Part shown: piece by piece, positions 47,071 through 59,924 of the stretch | Position numbering within the stretch: the first letter of the stretch is position 1 | How the letters are laid out: the number at the start of each line of letters is the position of its first letter | Source: a virus | Direction: 5' to 3' (one strand) | IMG/VR virus record: IMGVR_UViG_3300042908_001045 | Location: 22,306 to 86,305 of that record | Length of the DNA stretch: 64,000 nucleotides | The notes under the pieces: generated by a model | Told to the model about the DNA's origin: nothing | What the model saw: only the letters and a program-made list of their open reading frames with translations | The model's database searches: none | Translations under genes and position numbers: made by a program

Positions 47071-47922
47071 ATGTATCAAGTGTTGAAAGTAAAACCATAT
47101 AAGCTGCCCAAAGAATACTCTAAATGGGAAGATTTTATTGATGAAATGAATTTTTTTTGTGATAAATCTAAAAAAACAAACTATGGTAAATTCTCAAATG
47201 AGATAAACCCAATAGTTAATAATTTATCTATGGAGAAAATTCAGTCTACTCCAGTTTACTGCATTAGAAAACAGCTTTTAGAGGAGATATCATTAACTGA
47301 CGTTTGTGATAAAAGCGGAGTTTTATCTGATTTAAAAGTTGCAATTCCAATGATTACTGTTTTTTTACCTAATGGCATGGTTGAGTCACCAACTAACGAA
47401 GTTCATGCTACTGTAAAATATGTAATTATTCAACATAAAGAAATAAATGATAAAACATACAAATCAGCAATTTACTGGACTGCAATGGATTCATACAGGC
47501 AATTCTCTATTGGAGCCAGGAAGATTAGACATGATGGAGGATACCTAAGAGACAATATTGTTGAAAACGTAGGAATTCAAGACAAAGAAGAGATTGAAAG
47601 GAAATTCTTTAAACTGCAAAACTTAATTTTACAATCATTAATGTTATTGCAGATTTACCCTGAGTTATCAGAAGAAATGGCATTTTGTGAGGCACACGAA
47701 AGCAAAGGATTTGCTAAAATTAATCATGAATCTTTGTATAGATTGCCACGATGGTTGGGAGTAAAGAAAATAAAACGTATTTATGAAAACTCTGGCAATC
47801 ATTCTGGAGTACCTAAATCTCCACATGTACGCAGTGGACATTGGAGATTGCAGCCCTGTGGCAAGCAAAACAAAGAACGTAAAACTATTTGGGTTCGCCC
47901 AGTGTGGATAAACTATGCTTAG
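47071..47922 (+). CDS. Phage hypothetical protein
   Basis: C-terminal SPHVRSGHWRLQPCG...IWVRPVWIN motif common in phage proteins. Confidence 0.7.
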   Translation: MYQVLKVKPYKLPKEYSKWEDFIDEMNFFCDKSKKTNYGKFSNEINPIVNNLSMEKIQSTPVYCIRKQLLEEISLTDVCDKSGVLSDLKVAIPMITVFLPNGMVESPTNEVHATVKYVIIQHKEINDKTYKSAIYWTAMDSYRQFSIGARKIRHDGGYLRDNIVENVGIQDKEEIERKFFKLQNLILQSLMLLQIYPELSEEMAFCEAHESKGFAKINHESLYRLPRWLGVKKIKRIYENSGNHSGVPKSPHVRSGHWRLQPCGKQNKERKTIWVRPVWINYA

Positions 47923-48496
47923 AAACGATAAGTGGATTATTGAAAAGTCAAAGGAAGGGATGATTGTCCCTTTTGAAAAAACGTTAGTCCGTCATGTTGA
48001 TGAAAGACAGTCTATTAGCTATGGATTATCTTCTTACGGTTATGATATTAGCCTATCAGGAGAAGAGCTTTGCTTGTTTAAGCACGTGGTAGGGTCTATT
48101 GTTAATCCTAAACAGTTTCATAATCATGTTGTAGAAAATCTTTCGCTACAGTATGACGAATATGGATCCTTTTTTGTTTTACCACCCCATTCTTATGCAC
48201 TTGGTAAGACAGTCGAAAAATTTAATATGCCTCCAAATGTAATGGGCATTTGTGTCGGAAAAAGCACTTACGCTAGAGTAGGTATTATGGTAAATATCAC
48301 TCCATTAGAGCCAGGATGGAAAGGATATTTAACCCTGGAAATTGCTAATTTAGCAGATACAGACTGTCGTGTTTATGCTAACGAAGGAATTGCTCAATTG
48401 TTGTTTCTACAAGGCGATAATTGTCTAACTACTTATTCTGATAGACAAGGCAAATATCAAGAACAACCAGACGCGATTGTATATGCTAAAGTTTAG
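47915..48496 (+). CDS. dcd: dCTP deaminase
   Basis: ISYGLSSYGYD, GKSTYARVGI.VN.TPLEPGWKGYLTLE, YANEGIAQLLF, GKYQ. Confidence 0.95.
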   Translation: MLRNDKWIIEKSKEGMIVPFEKTLVRHVDERQSISYGLSSYGYDISLSGEELCLFKHVVGSIVNPKQFHNHVVENLSLQYDEYGSFFVLPPHSYALGKTVEKFNMPPNVMGICVGKSTYARVGIMVNITPLEPGWKGYLTLEIANLADTDCRVYANEGIAQLLFLQGDNCLTTYSDRQGKYQEQPDAIVYAKV

Positions 48497-49167
48497 CTGT
48501 TAACTAACGTAGCAATTTCCTCTGAGATTGCCAACACTTTTTGCAAATTAACAGGACAGCCAATATAGCAACGGGTTTTTTCTAATAAGAGAAAGCCCGT
48601 ATATTTTTCATTAATTAAATACAAAAAATATGATTTAGTAAATCGTTTTTTCATCCAATTCTTGTATATTTTACCTTTTTGGTAATCATCATAATAAACA
48701 TATTTTTGCTTACCTTCAACCATGTAATTTATCTCTGTGCTAACAATTGAGTAAATATGTTTAGTCTCTTTAGATTGAAGTCTGTTTACTGCACAATGCT
48801 CAAACCAGGCACAAAAAGAAGTGGCGTAAATACGATCATTTTTTTTCCTAACCTGCTCTAACAAAAACAATGTAGTACGATTAAAGCCTAGTTTAGTCAA
48901 GTCTCTTAATAATTCTCTAATAGATTCTTCTTCTTGTGGTGTAAATTCAGGAGTGTTAGAAGCCTGATGAGATAGGTCTTCAAATTTATTAATTAACAAC
49001 TTGATTTGGCTTTTAAAATGCAAAAACAACCAGGCAGCCATAGCAGAAATTATTACCGGAGCAGCACTTATTATTAGCTCTGTCGTTATATCGACGACTA
49101 TCTTGTAATACGTATTGGTTGATTGCTGTTGTTGTGTTTCAGCCAAATACTTTTGCATAAAAATCAT
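48493..49167 (-). CDS. Single-TM protein with GAF-like C-terminal domain (possible holin or regulator)
   Basis: One N-terminal TM segment (IISAAPVIISAMAAWLFL); alpha/beta C-terminus ending GFLLL...ISEEIATLV; downstream of the tape measure gene. Confidence 0.4.
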   Translation of the reverse strand: MIFMQKYLAETQQQQSTNTYYKIVVDITTELIISAAPVIISAMAAWLFLHFKSQIKLLINKFEDLSHQASNTPEFTPQEEESIRELLRDLTKLGFNRTTLFLLEQVRKKNDRIYATSFCAWFEHCAVNRLQSKETKHIYSIVSTEINYMVEGKQKYVYYDDYQKGKIYKNWMKKRFTKSYFLYLINEKYTGFLLLEKTRCYIGCPVNLQKVLAISEEIATLVNS

Positions 49168-49195
49168 TAACTCTATTTAAATAATTGACATTTTA

Positions 49196-52100
49196 TTAAC
49201 GTTTTGGAATTGTTCCACCTTGTCTTTGCTGGCGTTGAATTTCATTTAACACAGCAGATTGTACGGCAGACCTTAATTGACTTGCATCTAATCCATTAGA
49301 AGATGCATTATTACCATTAGATTCAATGTTGATAGGAATATTAACAACATTGCTATTAGAAGTATTTTCAGTATTAATTGTTGGTGCTACTCCTGCATTT
49401 ACAACACCGCCACTCGAATAATTCATAGTTCTGTGAAATTGCTTTTCCTCTGGAGATACAACACCGCCACTCGAATATGTTCTTATCTTTTCTACAATTC
49501 CACCATCTGCATGAAATTGCTTTTCCTCTGGAGATACAACACCGCCACTCGAATATGTTCTTATCTTTTCTACAATTCCACCATCTGCATAATTTCTTAT
49601 TTCAGAACTGCCATTGCCTTTCATGTAATTATTTGTTCTGTTAAATTGCCGCTCTTCTATTAAAGCGTTTGAAGATACAACACCACCATCTGAATATGTT
49701 TTTATCTTTTCTATAATCCCGCCATCTGCATAATTTCCTATTTCAGAACTGCCATTGCCCTTCATGTAATTATTTGTTCTGTTGAATCGCCGCTCTTCTA
49801 GCAAAACGTTATAGTCAATTACTCTATGCAATCCAGCATCTTCAAATCTCTTATTCTGTTCTACTGTTAATACTCTCTCTCCTGGCGTTAATACTGCAAG
49901 CACTGGTTTTATGCCACCATTAGCTGATTTTTCTTTTAGAACAGCTTGGTTAATTGATTGGATAATTCCACCGCCTGCATAGTTAGGCACAACTCCAGTA
50001 CTGGTTACTTCTCCTCCGGTAAATGCTGTTGATGCTTTCTTGCCACCACCTCCAAACAATCCTCCAATTGCAGAAAACAATCCTCCAAGTAATCCACCTT
50101 CTCCTACTAATGATTGAAGCAGCATCTTAATAGCCATGTTAATGAGTCCGCTTAGTATGCTATTAGCTAAATTACCAAGGACATCATTCAGTGTTCTTAC
50201 GCCCATAATCACATCAGTAAATCCAGAAGATAAATCGTTAATTAGATTATCTGTCACGAGTTGTTTCATAGTAGACAGTATGTCTTTGTTAGCATCTCTA
50301 ATGCTTTTTACTCTTTCCTCATATTCAGCAGTATATTGACCTTCTCTTTCATTAAATTGTTCTTGAGTCATTTTTCCTGCGCTAACTTCAATCTTAGCCT
50401 CCTCAATCTTTTTGTCTCTTTCCTTAGCTGCTTGTTGTATTTCCAAATCTCGTTGCATCCGATTAGCCACAAATTCATTACCACCTCCACTTCTATACCT
50501 GCTTATTTGAGAAGACTTTATAGAATCTGTTATAGCTGTGGAGGCATCTGTAAATGCTTTAGCTCTGTCTGCCTCAAGTTTTTTTATTTGCTCTAATTTT
50601 AAATTTTCGCTTTTTTCAATCAAAGCTGTTCTTTCTTTTTCTGAAAGCAATATACTAGTTTTGATTTCTTCCTGTTTAATTGCTGTTATTTTTACAATCT
50701 CATCCATTTTCTGTGTAAATTCGTTTAAGCTATAAGCATAATCAACAGAATTTATTAAATCTCTTTTTTGATATTCTAAATCTACTTGTGTTTTATTTTC
50801 ATTTGCTTTATCAATTTCAAATTGAGATTGATTTTGCATTCTTTTTATTCTAGTAATTTCTCTATAATTCTCTATTCTTGCATTTGCATCTGTTGATGTT
50901 AATAGTCCTTTTGACTCCAACTCTTTTGTGTTTAATTCATATTGCGCTAAAGCATCTTCAATCTGAAGTTTCCTCTCTTCAAATTGCAGTTCTGGCACTG
51001 AACGAATATTTAAGAATTGCATTTGGTTAAATGGCGTAAGTCCTTTGGTAAAAGAATCTTGTGTTACAGGAAAATAAGCATTTCCTTGGAATTCGTAGTC
51101 TTTTGAATCGAGATCGAGCCCAAATTCGTGTCTATTAGCTTTCATTTGCAAGCCATTAAATCTTGGCTCTTTAAGGTTTGCTGTTGGTTTATTTAGGTCT
51201 GTGATTAACTGAAAAGCTGACAAAGCATTATTTAATTGCGTTTTTCGACTAGTATTATTTTTAGTATCGGTTTCAAATTTTGCTATATCTAAATTATATT
51301 GTTCAGTATCTTGTTTATATTTGGCATATTGTTCTTGAGATAACGTAGTTAGTAATTCTGGGGTAGAATAAATTTTGGACAGCCTTTGATGTTCTTTATG
51401 CAACCTTTCCTTTTCTTGGGTTGTACTATTTGTTATTTCCTTAATAGAATTGCCTATATGTTCTACTAGTAATTCTTGTGACGTAAAAATATTTGGATTA
51501 TTCTCTAGATTAATGTCTCGATCAGATATTTCTATAAAAGAACCTGGATTTGCTGATTCCTGTAATTCTATTTTTACCCCATACTCTCCTATCTCTTTAT
51601 TTTTTTGACTTACATCTAATTCAGCTTGTCTTAAAACATTATCCGAATCTCTTATTTTAGATCTATTCTCATACTCTCTTCTAAGCCTAGACATTGCTTT
51701 AGTTAATTTAATCCTTTCTTCAATTTCTTTCTTTTGAACGTCTATCGACTTCAAGGTAGTATTTAAAGTTGCTATATCCACTTTGAATTGAGAAGCTAAT
51801 TGTTGTTCGTCTTTGTTAAGGCGATCTAGATATTTCTCTCTTTGTTTTACATCTGTGATTTGCTCAAGCCCTTTCCTAAGTGGGTTAAACAAAGCTAACG
51901 TATCAGTTAATTTACCATCGGTTCCTTTTACAAAGGATTGCCTAAGATTATTTAATCTCTCTTGGATATCTTGTCTTGTATCATTTAACCTATTAAGAGT
52001 TTCGGTTAACTTTATGCTTTCGGGTGTTAGTGGATCAGGTAATTTATCAGGAGAATATTCGTTAAGTATGTCAGAAAAAGATCTTGTTAAACTATTAGTG

Positions 52101-55100
52101 GAATCCCTAGATTCTCTGATTGTTTTTCTAGTATTTTTAAAGAAATTATCAAGATTACGAATAACTGATGCCTCATTTTGTTTCCTTAAAGCTTCAGCAC
52201 GCTGTTTATTTGCCTCATCTTGTTGTTTAAGAATCTCTTCTCTTTGTTTTTGAGAATCTGCGACAGCACCAGTGTTTACGCCAGCAGATGAAGGGGTAGA
52301 TGAAGCAGAAGAAGTCGCATTTATACGGTTTATAGAACTAGTTATATATTTAGCTGGATTTATTTGTATTCCATTTTCTTTTATTTCTATGTGGGCGTGA
52401 GGTCCCCTGCTGTTCCCTGTATTACCTACTGTCGCTATTTGTTCTCCAGCTTTAACTTGTTGCCCAACCGTGGCAAGTGTTGAGTCTAAATGTGCAATTA
52501 ATATTTCTAATTTCTTATTGTCTACCAAATGTTCTACTTGAATATATTTCCCCCATCCACCAGGCTGATTACCAATGTTTGAAATTTTACCGTCAAAACT
52601 AGCAACAACGGGAGTACCAACTGGGGCTGCATAATCAACTCCTTGGTGCATTCTACCCCTTCTCATCCCGTATCCACTTGTAAAAGTAGAATTTCCTGCT
52701 ACTGGATGAATTATGTTAGACGCGTTTTGTGATACGTTAGATGCATTTTGTGAAAAACCAAACAAGCTAGACAAAGAAGAAAAGACATTCTGAATATTGT
52801 TAGGGTTAGATGAATTACTAGATGTTGAAGAGCTGTTAGTAGGAGTTGATGGAGTAGGTGTTGTATTGGAATAAGGGTCTATTTTTATGCCCGCAGATTT
52901 TTCTAGCAAGTCAACAGTTTGTTGCAAGCTAACATTCATATTAGAAACAGACTCGTTAGTTTTTATCATGTTTTCATTTAATTTTTCAGTGTTTTTATTA
53001 GCCTCCCCTGACTCTTTAACAGTTTGTTGAGTCTGTTCGGTTACTTTTGCTGCTGATGCTCTAACTGTGTTTATTAAAGCCTCTAGTTCTTTACTTGATT
53101 GCGTAAAGGCTTCTTTCATATCAGATTCAATATCTTCTGTGACTCCAATAATATCTTTACCAGAAGGTAATGTTTCAATAAGATCTTTTGCTTCTATTTG
53201 ACTATCTTTGATTCTATTTTTAAAATCTAAACTAGTTCTTTCAGTATCTATTTGCCCTAAAGCGGTCTGATTTAATTGCTCTATAATAGATACCAGCCCA
53301 TCTATATATCTAGTAAACTCAGTGTCTCCTAATCCAGTTAAAGCTTCATTAATTTTGGTCTTAAAATTAGCGTTTTGTATTTCTTGGTTAGCTTTTTTAA
53401 TCTCTAATCGCCCTTGATCTATCTCTCTAGTAACAGAACGAACGTAATCATCTACTTGTTTTTGCTGTTGTTCCAAAGCTTGTTTTAAATCGTATTTAGA
53501 CTTGGCAATTTCGGCTTTCCCCGCAGCTAATTCACCTGCATCATTCTGAACTTGATCACGCAATTCTTTTATTTGATCTTTAACATCAGTAGTAAGAAGC
53601 GTTTGCGGAATTAATGACAAAGTGTCTAGAGAAGCCTTTCGCATTGTTAATATTCTAGATAACCCTCTAACTTTTTGTTCTCCAGAAATAATCCCAGATT
53701 GCATTATGGCGTTGTTAATGTCGCCAGAGTTAGCCCCAGAGGAATATATGCGTTCACTTCTCATTGACGATGTCCTGCCTATTGCAGCAGAAAACTTTTC
53801 GTAAGCCGATTGAAATCTGTTTAACGCAGTAACAGTTTTTTGGTAAATACTTTCAAGTGGATTGGTCGGAAGATTTTGAGACACAATCTTCTTGGCTTCT
53901 TCAGCACCAGCTTTAAGCTCTTCTACTAATTTTCTGTATTTAGGGCGTACTGCCTCTGGTATAGAATCAATAGATGATTCAAACTGTTTTACAGTTTCCT
54001 CCATGACTGCAACTTGATCTTTAATGTCATCAAGTCCCTTCGTTTTTTCTTTAAATCTATCGGTTTTAGCTTTTATTTCTTTATCAATTTCAGCTACTTT
54101 TTTAATGTCTTCCGGTTTTTTGCTAGAAGATATTTTTGCCCTTTGCAGAGATAAAGCCATTATTTCAGCATTTATCCTGTTTGCATCCTCAATGGATTTT
54201 TTTACCGCAGGATTTGACAATAACTTACTTTTGGTTTCTTCAGTAAGTCCTATGTCTTTTGCTTTAGTCTTAAACCCTTTAAGATTCTTATCTAAATTTT
54301 CAAAATTTTCTAGTACTTGTTGTGTTCCCAAAGTAATATCATAATCTGAATCTGCTACAAGTCCTGTTAGCCCATATTGCTGTATAATAGCTTTTTGATT
54401 ATTAGTAAGTTTTTTGTTTGCTGATGGAGTTCCACCAATTGGTGTTCTCATCCAGTCGCCAGAAGCTTCAGCTTGCCTACCTTGCAAAACTTCTTTGTAT
54501 TTCATTTTTTCAAGAATACCTAAGTCTTTTTCACTTATTTCGCCTCTTAATGCTTTATTGACATTTTTAACAAAATCGTCTGTAGTATATCCTTTATTTT
54601 TAAATCCAAGAGCAAATAAAATATCTAGCTGCAATCCTTTTGATGGAATTGAGTCTGCAATAGATTTAATGCTTGTCCCTACATTACTGCTGATATTACT
54701 TGTATTTTGAAGGCTTTTATTCATTCCATCAATAGTATTTGTAATGCTATTCAAAGAACCATTAATAGCAGAAGCCATTTTATCCATGGACTGTTGAACA
54801 GGATTAGAAAAATCACTTTTAGATAATAAAAGTATGCCTATTGCTAATATAGCTTCCGCTAACAAAGTAGCTAAAGATTTAGCGGCTTTACCCACATTAG
54901 CCAACATCTGAGGTAAATTTGTTGCTGATTGAGCCACAGAAGAAAGAGCAGCTTTAAAAACCGTAAAAGCACTAGATAAAGCTGTCAAAATTGGTCCGGC
55001 TAATTGAACAGCTAAAGAACGTATTTGTCCAAGAACTAGTGTTAATGCTATAAACTCTAAAACTCCAGAAGGAATCATCTTAAACAAGTTAGTTAAAGAT

Positions 55101-58100
55101 TCTATAAGCGATTGAAAAGGATTACTAGAAACTTCTTTGCCAATAATTACTGATAAAAGTCCTTCTCCTGTAAATTGTTGTTTAATTTGATTTACCGTAG
55201 TAACAATCATAGCCATATAATTTTTAAAACTGTCAGCTATAATTTGAAATGGGTTATGCTCAGCGAACATAGATGCAACTCCCGCCATTATATGAGGTGC
55301 TGCAACTGAAAAAACAGAAGTAATTAGTGGAGCTATTCCAGCAGTCAACAAACCAACAAAACTAGTTGCCCAAGCAGCTATTGGAGTAGATTTAAGCAAA
55401 AATGTTAATCCAGTTGTCATTAAAGCCGCAGCTCCAATAAAGAAAGAACCAACAGCTTTTAGCGCTAAATCAAAAGAATTACTTATTAGTTGTGCAAATC
55501 CAGTAACTACATTGGTAATTCCAGCTAATGTGCCAGAAAACGCGTTAATTATCTTAAAGCTAATTTCAGTTGCAATATTTTCTAGTTTTACTAATGCAAC
55601 AGCAAAACTATCTCCAGTGTCGGAAGAACCTTTAAAGTCAGTTTTTAATACTTTCGCCACTTTTGGCAATACTTCTTCCGATAACAATGCGCCTTGCTTA
55701 GACAACTCAGTTACTTCTGCAACAGAAACACCTAAAGCTTTAGCAAATACTTGCATTGCAGGGGGAAATCGCTCTCCTAACTGCTGCCTTAATTCTTCCA
55801 TTGAAATTTTGCCTTTAGAGAGCATTTGAGTATATGCCATGAAGACAAGACTAGCATCCGCAGTTCCAAGCCCCATACTAGCAATAGACTGGTTAATTCC
55901 CTCAAATAATTCTTTAGCTCCTTTGCCTTCCAACTTTGTCCCTTTGGCTGCGGCAGCTATTTTACCGTAGGCATCTATTGCACTTTCTGCTGGAACTCCT
56001 ATTTGCTTTGCAGATTGAAGTGCATAATCTGTTTCCATTATAGCGCCCTGTTTACTACCAGAAGTAAATTCAAGACGTTTTTGCATTGGTTCAAGTTTTT
56101 GGAAAAGTTGTACAAACTTTTCAAATTGAGTAATTGCAACAAAAATAGCACCACCAACTGCTAAGAAAAGAGGAGCTAAACTTTGAACCATTTTTGCAAT
56201 TCCACCAATACTCCCATCTTGAGAGTCAAACGAAAACAAACCTTTAAAAGAATCAAATAACTGCTCCATTAAAGGTTTTTGTGCTGTTTCAAATTGCTGT
56301 TTGGCATCTGCAATAATTTGGCGTACATCCAGCCCTTGTGATTTGCCTGCTTTTATACTATCTGCAAATATTTTACCAACTTCTTTCATTGCTTCTTTTT
56401 CATTTACAAACCCTCCAGATTTGTATTTCTGAGCAAATGTTTGTAACTGCTTATCTATAGCGTCTCTTTGTGCTATTAGTTGTTGTCGTTGAGCAGCTGA
56501 TGTCGCAGGATTTGATATTAACTTATTAATTGTCTTCTTGTATTGTTCAGATATTTTGTGGGAAGAATATACCAAGGAAGCCATCGCGCCATTTTCAAAG
56601 CCTTTACCAAAGTCAAGTCCGATTGACTCCATAATTTTTGAAGGAGAACTAATTTTAAGCACAGATTTGACCTTGGTAATTATAGACTTAAAAATGTTTC
56701 CAACAGGCTCAAATCCTTTTTTTAAATTAGTAGCACCTGCCAAAAAACCTTCAGAGACACTTGTGCCAATTAATTTAAAATTGTTAAATACATGACTAGA
56801 TGTTATTTTAGGTATTAAGTTTTTTACTAGATTTTTGTCAGGCAAAACAAAATTTTCAGAAGAGTTATTGCTTTTCAAAAATGTATTTTTAAAGGATAAA
56901 ACTACATTTTTGACGAAATTATTTAATTCAGGAATTTTATTTTTAAGTCCTATTATTAAACCTTGTATAAATTTTTCCCCAATATCTATAGCGACTGTAG
57001 ACGGAGATTTGATGCCCAACTCTGATTGAACGCCTTTTTTAAATTTTTTACCCGCTTCCTTGCCTACTTTGTCCATGTCGGCGACACCAGACTTCATGCC
57101 TTTAACAACTTCTTTGCCAGTATTATTAAGATTTGCTGCGTCAGAAACTTTGATTTCATCAAATTTATCCGATGCTTTTACTACAGTTCTCGCTGTGGTG
57201 CCTTGTACTTTTAATGAGTCCCTAATCATATCAGGAGAGGACATATTTTCAAAATCTTTCCCCTTAAATCCTGAAGAACTATTTTTCATTTCTGCACTTA
57301 CACCAGTAAAGTAGTCGTCCTGTATCATTTTTGTTAGAAATGTATCAAACTCTTCTCTATTATATTTTCCTTCTTCTAGTTTTCTTCTTAATTCGTAAAT
57401 AGGTACTAATCCTTGATAATCTCCTTGAGTATCTAGTTTTGTGAATAAATTTGCAATGTCTTTTTTAAATGTGTTATACGAGTGTTGTGATGTTTTAGAT
57501 ATTTCTTCAAAAGACTTCTTTTTAAGCATTCCTAGATGCTGGGATTCTAGGGAAAAATGTGTTCTAGTAAAGCCACCGGGTTTAATAGCAGCTTCTTGTT
57601 CTTGTGGAGTAGCACCACTGTCTTGATATAGCCTAAAATAATCATCACCTTGCATATCCGACAAATATTGCTCAATTTGCGCTTGAGAATACCTTTTATC
57701 AGGCAACATTGTTTTAAGTTGATGAATGGACATAGAACCACCATCACTTAAATCTTCTCCAATATTGAGTTCCCTATATAAACCTAAAGCATCTTTTTTG
57801 AATTGATCGTACGTAGGTTGTATTTCAGTTTTGGAAATAGGTTTAGGAGCAGGAGCAGGCTTGGGAGCAGGAGCAGGCTTGGGAGCAGGAGTAGGCTTAG
57901 AAGAACTTTTTGCTATTGTTTTAGCATTGTTTTTATTATCTTCATTAATTTTTTGATAAGTACTTTTTAAATCGTTAGAAACATCAGCATAAGATTTTTC
58001 CGCATTATTTATCATTTTTGCTATTTTAGATATTTCTTCTACTGTTGCTCCAGTGCTTTTAGCTTTTTCTTTTAGGTTTTTAAGTGCTTCTAAATTTTCT

Positions 58101-59924
58101 TCTGACATTTTTTTGTAGTTAATAAAAACATTTTTAAAAGCAGTAAAATCCTTAGAGATAAGTAGTTTAGAACCGGTTTCTAATGCAATAGCGGATTGTT
58201 TTTGGTAATCGACAAGTAGCTTTGCAGCTTCTTTGTTAATTATCTTAGCTTCATCTGTTGCTTTAGGTACTGGCGCTACAACAGGTGGTGCAGTTACGAC
58301 AGGTGGTGCAGTTACGATAGGTGGTGCAGTTACGATAGGTGGTGCAGTTACGATAGGTGGTGCAGTTACGATAGGTGGTGCAATTTCATCAAACTTATCT
58401 GATGCCTTTACTACAGTTCTCGCTGTGGTGCCTTGTACTTTCAATGAATCCCTAATCATATCAGGGGAAGACATATTCTCAAAATCTTTCCCTTTAAATC
58501 CTGACGAGCTATTTTTCATTTCTGCACTTATACCAGTGAAGTAGTCATCTTGTATCATTTTTGTTAAAAATGTGTCAAACTCTTCCCTGCTATACTTTCC
58601 TTCTTCTAGCTTCCTTCTTAATTCGTAAATAGGTACTAGTCCTTGATGATCTCCTTGCGTATCTAGTTTTGTAAACAAGTCTGCAATGTCTTTTTTGAAC
58701 GTGTTATAAGAATGTTGCGATGTTTTAGATATCTCTTCAAAAGACTTCTTTTTAAGCATCCCTAAATGCTGGGATTCCAAGGAAAAATGTGTTCTAGTAA
58801 AGCCACCAGGCTTAATAGCAGCTTCTTGTTCTTGTGGAGTAGCACCACTGTCTTGATATAATCTAAAATAATCATCACCTTGCATATCCGACAAATATTG
58901 CTCAATTTGCGCTTGAGAATATCTTTTATCAGGCAACATTGTTTTAAGTTGATGAATGGACATAAAACCACCATCACTCAAATCTTCTCCAATATTGAGT
59001 TCCCTATATAAACCTAAAGCATCTTTTTTGAATTGATCATAAGTTGGTTCTACTTCCGCTTGCTTACTTTTCTTAGGAGTTGTGGCTGTTTTCTTTGCTT
59101 TTATTTTTGGTGTTTCTGGTATTTTCTCCTCTTTTATTTTTGGTGCTTCTAGTATTTTCTCCTCTTTTATTTTTGGTGCTTCTGGTATTTTCTCCTCTTT
59201 TATTTTTGGTGGTTGCACTGTTTTTTTAACTGTTTCCGCGCTTTCTTGTTTAATTTTTTGGTAATTTTCTTTTAATGTTTCAGATGTTTGATTATAAGAT
59301 TGTTGCATCTTGTTAATAGCATCAACTACCTGGTTTAGCTCTTCTGCCGCTGCTCCAATATTCTTAGCTTTATTCTGCAATTCATTAAGAGCATTAATGT
59401 TAATATTTAATATCTCTTTGTATTTTATAAAAACATTTTTAAACTCTGAAAAGTTTTTAGATTTAAGTAATTTTAAACCAGCTTCTTGTATTTCTTTAGA
59501 TTGTTTTTCATACTCAGCTAATAGAGCGCTAGATTCTTCAGACAAGTTAAGACTAGCAGCCGCTGCCGCAGAAATATCCTCTTTGATTTCTTCATAACTT
59601 GTTGATTGGTTTTTCTTTTTGGATTTACCTGTATTTGCAGACTGTTTTTTAGCTTTAGGTTTTTTCTCCTTTTTAAGTTTAGTTAACTCTAAATTTTGAA
59701 AATCTTTTTCATCTGTATTTAAAGGGTTATCTACGTCTGTACCTACAGGTTTATCTGTTTGCATCAAGAAAAACCATTGATAAATATAATCATCAGGAAT
59801 TCCCGCATCAAGCTGTTCAGCAGTATATTGATTTGTTTCTTGTATAGTCCCTAAATCAAGTTTATCAGCTTTTTGTAAACGAAACAAAGCAGCATCTAAT
59901 TCTTTTCTCCTAATATGTTTTAAT
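49196..59924 (-). CDS. Tape measure protein, C-terminal part (tape-measure domain, M23 peptidase)
   Basis: SKGKISMEELRQQLGE tape domain (~55650..56090); M23 HQGVD...HLD...GNTGNSRGPHAHIE (~52350..52710); LGIKSPS motifs; YAGGG...LTPGERVL C-terminus. Track start 59887 is an internal TTG. Confidence 0.9.
57153..59045 (-). repeat. ~660-bp duplicated block plus Pro-rich microrepeats in the tape measure gene
   Basis: YDQFKKDALG...KASDKFDEI occurs twice; APP(I/V)VT 18-bp units (~58281..58381); PAPK units (~57840..57900). Confidence 0.9.
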
